From the NCBI GenBank assembly GCA_965222375.1, contig CBDCTZ010000014.1, positions 1,120,001 to 1,184,000 on the forward strand: 64,000 nucleotides of DNA, given 5' to 3'. Positions within the stretch are counted from its first letter, which is position 1; every line of letters begins with the position of its first letter. The notes beneath the pieces are model-generated. The model searched no databases. It was not told the origin of the DNA and worked only from the letters and a program-made list of their open reading frames with translations. The translations under genes and the position numbers were made by a program. This stretch comes from Polyangiaceae bacterium. Lineage in GTDB: Bacteria > Myxococcota_A > Polyangia > Polyangiales > Polyangiaceae. Shown in pieces: positions 45,811-55,063 of the stretch.

Positions 45811-48541
45811 GCAGAATCGTCGTCGTCGTCGGAAGTTCCGGACTTCACCGCGTCCGTCTCGTCTTCCGACTCCGAGTCTGAGTCGCCTCCTTCCGCGGAC
45901 GTTGTGTCCGCGTCGTCGCTGGCGTTCGTGTCGGAGCTTTCGTCGTCGTCGGCCTCGTCGTCCGGGTCGGAATTGTCGCTCGCCTCTGCGCCCTCGTCCA
46001 GTTGCGCCGGGGCGCCCGATTCCGCTTCGTCGCTTGCGTCCGAGTCGTTGTCCGATGCAGCGTCGTCGTCAGATTCCGGGTCGTCGTTGGCCTTCCCATT
46101 CTCGTCGCTCGCGGCGGGCGAGGACGAGCGGTCGTCTTGGGCGTCGGTCGCGTCTGGGGCGGAATCCAAGAGCTGCGCCGAAGCGCCCCCGGCGCCTGCC
46201 AGTTCGGGTTCGAGCAACGCCATCACGCCGCGCTCCTCCGCCATGTCTTGGATCAGCAGGCAGAGCAGTCCGACGGTCACGCCGACGAAGAGCAACACCG
46301 CGGCAAAATGGAAGTGCAGGCCGAGATCGGATTCCCGCGTCGTCCAGTATTGCGCTGCGCAGACGAAGAGGAATGCGCTCCACATCAAGGCGTCACCAAA
46401 GGCCACGGGCCGTGCTCCGCGGATGCGTCGCTCGATGGAGATGAGCGGCATCAGGAAGATGAAGTGGATGTAGTAGTTCGCCGGGTGGAATGCGACGGGG
46501 ATCATGATCAACCCCAGCGTAGCCACGGCCACGAAGGCGCGCTTGCGCGCGGCTAGGATGATCAGGCCAACGTAGAGAGCGATACCAGTCACGTAGACCG
46601 GAACGCGGCCGCGCAAGATGCGGTTGTGAACACCATCCGGCCCTCCCACGAGGCCTCGCCAGCTGACGTGGTTCACGTGGGGATCCTTGTTCAACAGCGA
46701 AACCTTGTGCAGCCACTCCGTCCAAGCGTCGAAGGACAGCACCAACGAAGAGATCAAGAACAACACCGCGACGGTGACCGTGGCCCCAAGGGCCACCCGA
46801 AGGAAGGGCCGCTGGGCGACCAGGATCTCCCCCAGCTTTGGCATGGCCTTTTTTTCGCGGATCTGTGCCACGAGCCAATAGCCCACAGGGATCCCCAGTG
46901 CGATCAGCGCCATGGCGGGGAACGCGCGGATCATGGCCGAAGCAGCGAGAAACGCGCCGCCCAGCACCCAATGCTCTTTGCGCAGAGCGCACAAACCTAG
47001 GGCAAGGTAGGCCATCCAATCGTGACGCAAGGTGGCGCCAGCCCAATTGGTGCCGAACATGTAGAAGTCGTTGGCGCCCCACAGCACCATGGATACGAAC
47101 ATAGTGCGCAAGCCGAAGGTGCGACCGATCGCGATGAACGCGATCAGCAGCAGCAGAGGATCCAGCATCGCCGCCGCGAAGAGAGTCTTGTTGCTCGCCG
47201 TGGTGCTGGCGAAAATGTAGTGCCCGAGTGTCAACCAAACCGGCGTCGCGTTGCCACCGTGGTCATGCATGCTGCCTAGGTAGTCGCGGACTCCCATGTT
47301 TTCGCGGAAGTAGCGCATGTCCACGACAAACTTGTCCCAGCGCTCCGGGGAAAAGCGTCCCTTGACCGCCTCGATGTCCGTCCGTCTTTGCGCAACGCTG
47401 GTCATGCGGTGCGTCTTCAGGTCGCGGAACTGCACGTGGGCGAGGGAGTCTAGAGACGCGTTTGGGTCGTCATCGGCGTAGGCTGCGACACTGGCCATGT
47501 ACAGGCCATCGAAGCGCAGCTCTTTGAAGTACTTCGCGACGGGGTAGTACACCCGCATGTCGAAGTTGTGCACGAAGCTGGGTTCGTTCAGCTTGTGATC
47601 CAAATACTGGGGCGCCCAAGGTTGAAGAAGGACGCGACGGATACCACCGCACATACCCCCAAAACCGCCAAAATAGCCGTGCCGTTGGCTCGAAACTTAC
47701 GAGGCGCGAAGGCCTCCCGCAGGACCGCGATCAATGCGGTCAGCGCCATAGTGCCGCGCAGTAGAGCGACTTGCCGCTGCGCCACGGGCCAATCGTCTTG
47801 AAGCGCGCGGCTCAGCTCCCATGCTCCGAACACGGGAATCAACAGCACTAGCAACGTCCACCAGATTGGTGCGCCGGAATAGGCGAGCAAGGCGAAGCCG
47901 GCCAGAGAGAGGCCGAAGCTGAGCGTCAGGTTGCGCATGCGCTCGTCCGGCGGGATACCGGGTCGTTCCGGGAGCTTCGGGGGCCAGGGGTCGGGCTTGG
48001 CCTGGAAGAGTTGGACCTCACTGATGGAGTAGGAAGCGTCTCCGGCTGTAGCCGTGATCCGAACATAGCGGCCGGACGCATTCAGACTGTCTGCGAGCCG
48101 AGGCTGGATGCCGCTGCCTCCCGTAGCCCCGGCTTCCCACAGCGGTTGGTAGTTCTCTCCGTCCTTCGAGATGGTCAGGGCGTAGCTATCGTTACCGTCA
48201 CCCAGTAGGTAACCAGCGGTGACGGTCAGCTCTTCTCCCAGGTCGTACTCCACGAAGGATGACCTGGAGCGGAACACGGCGGTGCGATCGGTTTTCCAAT
48301 GGTCGCCGCGTGTGGACGCAGCGCCATCGGTCAGCCGCCCGGGCCGCGCCACGCCCTTGGACTTCACGGGCAGCCGCCCCGCAAGGAGGTTGGGGCTCGA
48401 GGATTGCGCGGTGCTCTGAGTCGGCCAAGCGGTTACGCCCGCGGCCAGCCACAGGATGAACGTACACAGCAACAACGCGACCTTCGAGCGGCGCGTTCGG
48501 CCACCGCGGACCGCATCGGCTGTCTGGCCCTCGCTCCTCAC
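45807..48541 (-). pseudogene. Discoidin (F5/8C)-like domain plus multi-TM GT-C-like membrane protein with acidic tail, split by a 1-nt frameshift
   Basis: ORFs 47588-48541 and 45807-47654 join as FFNLGRP-QYLDHKLNEP if one base is added to the G4 run at 47609-47612. Confidence 0.7.
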
Positions 48542-48595
48542 GGGCGGGAGAATGTCTTAGGACGCCGCCCCAAGTCTACTGGATGCTGCAACCGC

Positions 48596-48928
48596 TTATT
48601 TGCCGCGGCGAGCGCGACTGGCAGGCGCCGTGGCGCGGCGGGTTGTGCGCCTTTTCAGCTGGCTATCGGGCTTCTGCCGATTGCTGCTGCCACGGGTGGA
48701 TTTTCGACTCGGGCTCTTGCTGGAGTCCTCCAGGGCGAAGCTGGCTTTCTTGTCTGCCGACTTGGAGAAGTTCCTCTTGGCGGAGGACTTGCCGCCTGCT
48801 CTTTTGTCCGACGCGCTCACCCCGGGCTCGGACGTGTCTACGTTGGCCTTCTTCCTCTTCTTCTTGGAAGGCGCCTTGGGCGCGGGCCGGGTTTGGTCAC
48901 GTTTGAACTTGAGTGCTTTTCTGAGCAT
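48596..48928 (-). CDS. Small Lys/Arg/Ser-rich basic protein
   Basis: Very basic, low-complexity sequence; ALEDS..PSRKSTR..NR.KPDSQL segment; start uncertain. Confidence 0.6.
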   Translation of the reverse strand: MLRKALKFKRDQTRPAPKAPSKKKRKKANVDTSEPGVSASDKRAGGKSSAKRNFSKSADKKASFALEDSSKSPSRKSTRGSSNRQKPDSQLKRRTTRRATAPASRARRGK

Positions 48929-49049
48929 AGGGAATCCGTTTCGGTGCCGCGGCGGCAGACTGCTCGGACACGTTACCACTGTGGCCGCGTTTTGAAAGCC
49001 AGGCACTTTCGGGGTTTGTGAGCGTCGCGTCGAGTATGCTCCCCTCGCC

Positions 49050-50258
49050 ATGAGCCCCCGGGCACTGCTCTTCATCACAGTTTTCAACAGCATTCTGGGG
49101 CTCAGTGTGCTGTTTCCGGTGTTGCCGCCCCTGGGGCGTGCTCTCGGGCTCAGCGAGTTGGAGGTGGGCTCGCTGTCCACCAGCTACGCGTTGATGCAGT
49201 TTTTGCTGAGCCCCATGTGGGGTCGACGCAGCGAGCGGGTCGGGCGCAAGCCCGTGCTCATGATGGGCATCGTCGGGTTTTCCGCCAGCTTCGCTTTGTT
49301 TGCGGTGGTTGCCCGCCTAGGGCTCGGGGGGCACTTCGGTCACGCGGCGATCTTTGGTGGTTTGCTCGTCGCGCGACTGATCGGTGGTGCGTTTTCTTCC
49401 GCCACCCTGCCTACGGCGCAGGCCTATATCGCTGACACCACCGGGCGCGCTGATCGCACCGCAGGCATGGCCCTGGTGGGCGCCGCCTTTGGCCTGGGCG
49501 TCGTTTTTGGCCCCGCCCTCGGCGGTGCGCTGGCGGCCATATCCCTGCTCACCCCGGTTTACTTCTCCGCCGGCTTTGCTCTGCTCAACGCCGCCTTCGT
49601 CTGGTTCAAGTTGCCTGAACCGAAGAAGCACGTCGCGCTTTCTACGGAGGCTCGCTCCGGCGCGCTGACCAAGCGCTTGTGGCCGCTACTCATGGTGGGG
49701 TTGTCTCTGTCGCTGTCGTCGGTGGCGATGGAGCAGACGGTGGCCTTCTACTACCAAGATCGCCTTTCTCTCGACGCCCAGGCCACGGCCAAAACCGTGG
49801 GCCTCGCCCTGGTGTTTTATGGAATCGTCGCGGTCTTCGCCCAGGGCTACATCGTGCGTCGGACCGGGCTGTCGCCGGCGACATTGATGCGCTTGGGGGT
49901 TCCCATTGCCCTGGTTGGCTTCGTGGGGTTGATCTTCGCCCATAGCTTCTGGGAGCTCACCGCTGCCCTGGCCGTTCAAGGCTTGGGCCAAGGTTTGGCG
50001 ATGCCCGGTGTGAGCGCCGCCGTGTCTCTGAGTGTCAAGGACAATGAGCAAGGTGCGGCCGCTGGGCTCAACAGCTCGTCCCACGCTCTGGGTCGCATGT
50101 TGGGACCGGTCGCGGGCACCAGTCTGTATCAACTCCGTCCCGAGTACCCGTATTGGTTTTCCGCGGGCCTGCTCACGCTGCTCTTGGTTTGCCTGGCCTT
50201 CGTGAGTCGCAGCCTGCCCCGGGGTCGCGACCCTGCCGCCCAGCCCCCATCGGGCTAG
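49050..50258 (+). CDS. MFS transporter (DHA1/TetA-like)
   Basis: WGRRSERVGRKPV motif A; AYIADTT; GPALGG; about 12 TM segments. Confidence 0.9.
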   Translation: MSPRALLFITVFNSILGLSVLFPVLPPLGRALGLSELEVGSLSTSYALMQFLLSPMWGRRSERVGRKPVLMMGIVGFSASFALFAVVARLGLGGHFGHAAIFGGLLVARLIGGAFSSATLPTAQAYIADTTGRADRTAGMALVGAAFGLGVVFGPALGGALAAISLLTPVYFSAGFALLNAAFVWFKLPEPKKHVALSTEARSGALTKRLWPLLMVGLSLSLSSVAMEQTVAFYYQDRLSLDAQATAKTVGLALVFYGIVAVFAQGYIVRRTGLSPATLMRLGVPIALVGFVGLIFAHSFWELTAALAVQGLGQGLAMPGVSAAVSLSVKDNEQGAAAGLNSSSHALGRMLGPVAGTSLYQLRPEYPYWFSAGLLTLLLVCLAFVSRSLPRGRDPAAQPPSG

Positions 50259-50292
50259 TGAGTCGGCGCAGTTTGGGCTTGGGGCAACGTGT

Positions 50293-51105
50293 CTAGTTGC
50301 TGCGCAAGTAGTCGATCGCTTGGTCCAGTTGCGCGGCGCCCATGCTGTGCCCGCCGCGCTTGCGCACGCCCTCCTTGTGAGGCCAGCCGAGGGACTTGAG
50401 CGCCTTGGCTAGTCCCTTGGGCGCCTTGTGCGCGCGATCTTTGAGCCCATAGCCGACGTAGATCGGCGGCCGCCGGGTCGTTCCTCGAGCGGGTCCCACC
50501 AAGTACTTGGCGCCTGCGCCGCCTGCGAACATGCCGTAGCCGTTGACAGGGAGCGTGCCGAGCAGTGCCAGAGCTGTGGCGAAGTAGGCGCCGTTCGAAA
50601 AGCCGATCACGAGCACTTTCCGAAAAGGAGCCTTCTGACGCTCCTCGAGCTTCTTCCGGGCGCTTTTCCACTCCGCGAATAGCTCGGCTTGCACCGCCCG
50701 CTGGGCCCGCACGGATGTGGGCCATGTCCACCAGTCCTTCATTTGCGCCGGCCCGATCCCCCGCCGCCCCCGAGGCATCAGTACGCTGAAGCCCTTTCGT
50801 TTGGCGGAGCGGACGATGGCGTTTTGCTGGGCCCACTGCCAGTTCGTGTCCGGCTTGATCACGCCGTGGAGAAAAACCACCAGAGTTTTGTCCGCTCCCG
50901 GCTTGTCGGGTGAAAAAGCGCACATGCCGTCGCCCAGGGTTTCCAGGCCGTTGGCGCACCAGGGAGCTTTCGGCTGCAGTGGTGCTGGCGCCGCCGGTGC
51001 GTCCGGCGTCACTGGATTGTCAGTTTCTGCACGCGCCGCGCTGGGGATCCCTAACGCCAACACGAGCCCTACGGCCGCCACCACTGGAAAACCCGTCTGG
51101 CTCAT
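50293..51105 (-). CDS. Secreted alpha/beta hydrolase (esterase-like)
   Basis: VVFLHG, GFSNG nucleophile motif, D and GGH; signal peptide. Confidence 0.8.
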   Translation of the reverse strand: MSQTGFPVVAAVGLVLALGIPSAARAETDNPVTPDAPAAPAPLQPKAPWCANGLETLGDGMCAFSPDKPGADKTLVVFLHGVIKPDTNWQWAQQNAIVRSAKRKGFSVLMPRGRRGIGPAQMKDWWTWPTSVRAQRAVQAELFAEWKSARKKLEERQKAPFRKVLVIGFSNGAYFATALALLGTLPVNGYGMFAGGAGAKYLVGPARGTTRRPPIYVGYGLKDRAHKAPKGLAKALKSLGWPHKEGVRKRGGHSMGAAQLDQAIDYLRSN

Positions 51106-51190
51106 CCCGGCACGGTGATTGCTCTGTGGTGTGTGTGCGACGGATGAAAGGAAGGCAAAGATGCGACCGAGCCTAGACTTTAACCTAGAA

Positions 51191-51913
51191 ATGTCTGACA
51201 GCATGGGCGTGGCCTCGGCACGTTGTGGCACAGATGTGGCCAGTGCGCCCACTGAGCGGATCACGCTACCCGATGGTCCCAACGGCCTCAACCTATCCGA
51301 CGAGGCGTTTTTCGCGGTCGGAGATGCGGGAACCTACGACGGTGGCCCCGCGGACGTCGCCGTCGAGCCCGAACTCGAGGATCCTACGACTCTGCCGCCT
51401 CCGCCGCCTTCCCCCGAGCAGCTCAAACGCCGCCGACGGGCCTCCCGCGGGGTAGCGCTCGCGATGGGCGCGTTTGCCGCCATGAGCGTGGTGGCCTTGG
51501 TGCGCATCGGGATCGCGACCGCCCAAAGCGGAAGTGAAGAGCTTGCCGTGGCTGCGCCACCCGCTCCAATTGCGGCGGCGATGGTGGTTGCGCCGAAGGC
51601 CCAGCCCGCACAGGTCGCCGGCGCGGCCAAGCCGCCGCCAGCCGTCGTACCCGCTCCGCCCGAGGCCGCGCCCGAGCCCGAAGTGGCTTCGGAGGAGCCA
51701 GCGCCGGAGACCAAGCGGGCGCCGCCCGCGAAGCAAGCCAAGCGCGTGGTGTTCGTGCCCAAAGCCGCACCTGCCGCACTGCCCGCTGCGCCAGCGGCGT
51801 TGCCGCCCGCCCCGGCCGTTGCCGCCATGCCTCCTGCCGCTCCGGTGGCACCTGCGCCCGCCGCTCCTGCAGCGGCAGGTGTTCCTCCCACCGCATCCTT
51901 CCCGGTCAACTGA
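51191..51913 (+). CDS. Pro/Ala-rich single-pass membrane protein
   Basis: RRRR followed by one TM segment and a low-complexity tail. Confidence 0.65.
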   Translation: MSDSMGVASARCGTDVASAPTERITLPDGPNGLNLSDEAFFAVGDAGTYDGGPADVAVEPELEDPTTLPPPPPSPEQLKRRRRASRGVALAMGAFAAMSVVALVRIGIATAQSGSEELAVAAPPAPIAAAMVVAPKAQPAQVAGAAKPPPAVVPAPPEAAPEPEVASEEPAPETKRAPPAKQAKRVVFVPKAAPAALPAAPAALPPAPAVAAMPPAAPVAPAPAAPAAAGVPPTASFPVN

Positions 51914-51924
51914 GCCGGGCCTCG

Positions 51925-51978
51925 CGTGACCCGGTCGCGTCGCGTGCCCTGGCGCGCCACGTGACCCGGTCGCGTCGC
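51925..51978. repeat. REP-like 19-bp direct repeat
   Basis: CGTGACCCGGTCGCGTCGC at 51925 and 51960; each copy is near-palindromic. Confidence 0.7.
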
Positions 51979-52081
51979 CTGTCCGGCTTGCGGCTGCGCC
52001 ACCTGGCTTTGGGTTTGCGGTTCGCGGCGCCGCCAAGGGCCATCGTTCCAGCGGCGATGGGATCGTGACTAGGCTCGCGAC

Positions 52082-53002
52082 GTGAAACTACGTGACGTCA
52101 TTGCCGCCCACGACAACGCGACGGGACCCAACTCCATCCGCGATGTCGTCGGCGATGGCTACCTCTACGCAGCCAACCCCTTCGCGCGCCGCGTGCGCGA
52201 CGCAGCGCTGTCGCGGGGCTATCGCTTCGTGCCCGACAAGAGCTCCTACTTCGGCTTTCCCCTGCTCGGCCTGGAGGCGCTCCTCGACTCGCGCCTGATC
52301 CCCCACCGCTGCAGCATGCCGCCCTTGCGCTGGCTGGAAGACAAACGCCCAGACTTCTTCAAGCTGAAAGATCTGGACGACAACCGCCCTGCGCCCAACT
52401 ACTTGCTCCACGAAAGCGCCCACGCCGTGGCTTTTCGGCAGGTGTTCGGCCAGCAACGCGCCGCCATCGTCTTTGCCGATCCAGATTGCCTGCCCGGCAC
52501 GTTCATGGGCGAGGCCTTCGCCATGACCGCCGAGTACTTCGCGGCTTGTGCCGTACGCGGCAAGTTGCATCGCTGGTTCTTCTCGATCTCGTCCTATCGA
52601 CACCGGGTGCCTGCAAAAAAGGCCATTGCACACTGCATCGACGCCCTGGGGCCGGAGCCCGTCGTGCTGAGCGTCCTGCTCGGCTTCGTGCTCAACAACC
52701 ACCTCGTCGAGCCCCTGAAACTGCGGCACCTCGAGCGCATCGCCGCGCTGATGCCGTCCGAGTGGCGTGAAGGTGCCAAAGGCAAGGTGCACAAGCAGCT
52801 ACTCGCCGCTCAGAATCGTCTCATGGTCATGAGCCCAGAGTTCCGTACCCAAACGGCGCGGCTATTCCTGACCACCTACGGTCGCGATCGAGATCTGCGT
52901 CGCAGCCTCAGCGACGACCCCCTCGCGGCCTTTGAGGAAAGCGACGCCCTCACCGCCCATGCCCACGCTCTGACGCGCTTGCTCTGTGGTTCGGCCGACT
53001 GA
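52082..53002 (+). CDS. Hypothetical HExxH metalloprotein
   Basis: LLHESAH with downstream GEAFA; no signal peptide. Confidence 0.7.
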   Translation: MKLRDVIAAHDNATGPNSIRDVVGDGYLYAANPFARRVRDAALSRGYRFVPDKSSYFGFPLLGLEALLDSRLIPHRCSMPPLRWLEDKRPDFFKLKDLDDNRPAPNYLLHESAHAVAFRQVFGQQRAAIVFADPDCLPGTFMGEAFAMTAEYFAACAVRGKLHRWFFSISSYRHRVPAKKAIAHCIDALGPEPVVLSVLLGFVLNNHLVEPLKLRHLERIAALMPSEWREGAKGKVHKQLLAAQNRLMVMSPEFRTQTARLFLTTYGRDRDLRRSLSDDPLAAFEESDALTAHAHALTRLLCGSAD

Positions 53003-53193
53003 GTCAGGGGGCGGGTTTGGGTTTTTGGGGGATGTGGCGCTTCAACACGTCATCGGGAGATGTCCGCGGCGACCATGGGTTCAGCGGTCCGCGTGGGGTA
53101 TCCAATAGCAACGACCTCGCCGCAGTTGGCGCCCCGCTCTTCAGCACCCAGAAACCCTTCTGAGCGAGCCCCACGCACGAGGCACGAAGTCCC

Positions 53194-54957
53194 CTACAGC
53201 TTCACGCTTGCGGTCAGGTGCGTCGGACGCAGGCGGCGCGCCTTGGGAAACACGGCTAGGCTGCTTTGGCGTAACAAGATCATGCTGCCGCCGTAGTGGC
53301 TGACGGGGTAGTCGAAGCCGGTCACTTTGCCCACGACCTTGCCGCTGTCGTCCTTGAGCTCGATTGTGCGCTCGTCACCTAGGGGTGACGAGCCGAGGTC
53401 CTTGTCCTGTCCCCAAGAGACGCTGCCATCTTCTTCGACCAGGAGTGTGCGGTAGCGACCCGGCGCGCGCCGGAGATCCGGCAGGATGAAGTCCGCGCTG
53501 CCGTGTACGGCCTGCTGGCGGGTGAACAACTTGTCGAAGTTGTAGTCCGAAAACCACGTCGGATCGCAGTAGCTCATCACGTCTTTGTATTTGCCGGGGT
53601 CGATCAGCTTCTTCGCGATCAAGTCGTAACCCCAAACGCCGATCTTGCCGCCAGAGTAGGGAAAGGGGCCAGCGTTCGAGGTGCCACAGGGCGCGTGAGG
53701 CAGACCGTGGGCATGGCCGATCTCGTGGGCCATGGTGTCGCCGCTGCCCGAGTAGCCGCCGGTGGGAAAGAAGCCCAAGCCGATGGAACCCCGGGCCCAA
53801 ACATCCCCGGCTTTGGCCAGGGGGGACAGGCCCGCGATGCAGCCTCCGGCGCAGTACTGACTAAAGCTCTGCTGCGGCGTCAGCACACCGTAGTAGTACT
53901 TCTGGCTCGCAGGCTTGTCTCCGGAGCGCACGCTGAGCAATTTGTCGAGGGCGGCATTCCAACTCGAGCCGCTCTTGCCCGAGACGGAGCCCGGAAGGGT
54001 GACCGGGTCGCGCAGGGTGAGCTTGACGTTGGGCACCGGATAGAGCCGGTACAGGTAGTCCTTGTATTCCTGGAGCCGCGAGGCGCTGACGTCCGGCTTG
54101 ATGCCGTTGACGACGAGGGGCACGAGCACGACTTCGAGGTCGCCTCCCGTGGCGGCGGCGCTCAGGGCGATCGTTCCCGAACTCGGCGCCCGCGCGCCGG
54201 ACGTCGAGCCCGTCGCGCTGGAGGACGTGGCCTCCAGGAGCGACACGGAGAAGTTCACCCCCGGAGTGATGCGTGCGGCAGGTACCTCGATATTGAAGGT
54301 GCTCGCTAGGGATCCATCCGTCGATGCTGCGGACACCGTGCGTTTGGCGTCCAAGGTCGGACCGTTGCCCAGGTCCAAGCGCGCGACGATTTCACGAGAC
54401 GAAAACCCGGACTCCGGCGACACGAATACACGAACTAGCGCGTTGCGACCGCTCACCACGGGCCCGTTGCGGTCGTTGACTGGGCTGCCTCCTTTGAACA
54501 GCGTGACCTTGGTGCCCTGATAGATGGCCACGGTTTGGATCGACAGACCTCGCGCGAGATCGCCGGTGGCCGGCAGCGGGCCGCTGCCGCTACCGCCCGT
54601 GGACGAGGTTCCGCCGCTGCTCGTCGCGCCCCCCGTGGACGTCGCGCCCCCGCTCTGTCCTCCGCTGGTGCCTCCGGAGCCTCCTGTCGACGGGTTGCCC
54701 GCTGTGGAACCCGAGCCGCCCGTCGCACTGGAGCTGCCGCCGCTCGAGGTTCCGGGATCCGGGATCGGCGTGATGTCGTCTCCGCAGGCGTCGCGACATC
54801 GAAGTGGATCACCCGCGGAGCACACACACAGTTCGAAACAGTTCGTCGGCGCGGCGCATACCGGTCCATCGACGGCCGGGCCGGAGATCTCGCCCGTGCA
54901 GGCCAGCATCAACGGAGCGAGGAACAACCACTTGGAACCGCGAGCAGAGGGCATCAT
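53194..54957 (-). CDS. Secreted metzincin metalloprotease (M66-like) lipoprotein
   Basis: HEIGHAHGLPHAPCG (HExxHxxGxxH); DVMSYC Met-turn; LMLAC lipobox; Gly/Ser/Thr linker. Confidence 0.85.
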   Translation of the reverse strand: MMPSARGSKWLFLAPLMLACTGEISGPAVDGPVCAAPTNCFELCVCSAGDPLRCRDACGDDITPIPDPGTSSGGSSSATGGSGSTAGNPSTGGSGGTSGGQSGGATSTGGATSSGGTSSTGGSGSGPLPATGDLARGLSIQTVAIYQGTKVTLFKGGSPVNDRNGPVVSGRNALVRVFVSPESGFSSREIVARLDLGNGPTLDAKRTVSAASTDGSLASTFNIEVPAARITPGVNFSVSLLEATSSSATGSTSGARAPSSGTIALSAAATGGDLEVVLVPLVVNGIKPDVSASRLQEYKDYLYRLYPVPNVKLTLRDPVTLPGSVSGKSGSSWNAALDKLLSVRSGDKPASQKYYYGVLTPQQSFSQYCAGGCIAGLSPLAKAGDVWARGSIGLGFFPTGGYSGSGDTMAHEIGHAHGLPHAPCGTSNAGPFPYSGGKIGVWGYDLIAKKLIDPGKYKDVMSYCDPTWFSDYNFDKLFTRQQAVHGSADFILPDLRRAPGRYRTLLVEEDGSVSWGQDKDLGSSPLGDERTIELKDDSGKVVGKVTGFDYPVSHYGGSMILLRQSSLAVFPKARRLRPTHLTASVKL

Positions 54958-55063
54958 GGCCTCGGCTTGTGCAGTGCCCGTGCCATTCACTCAGACTGGA
55001 AAAACAGCCTGTTTCCGAGGTCGACATGGTCTGCTGAACCAGACCGTCCGGTATGGAAGAACC

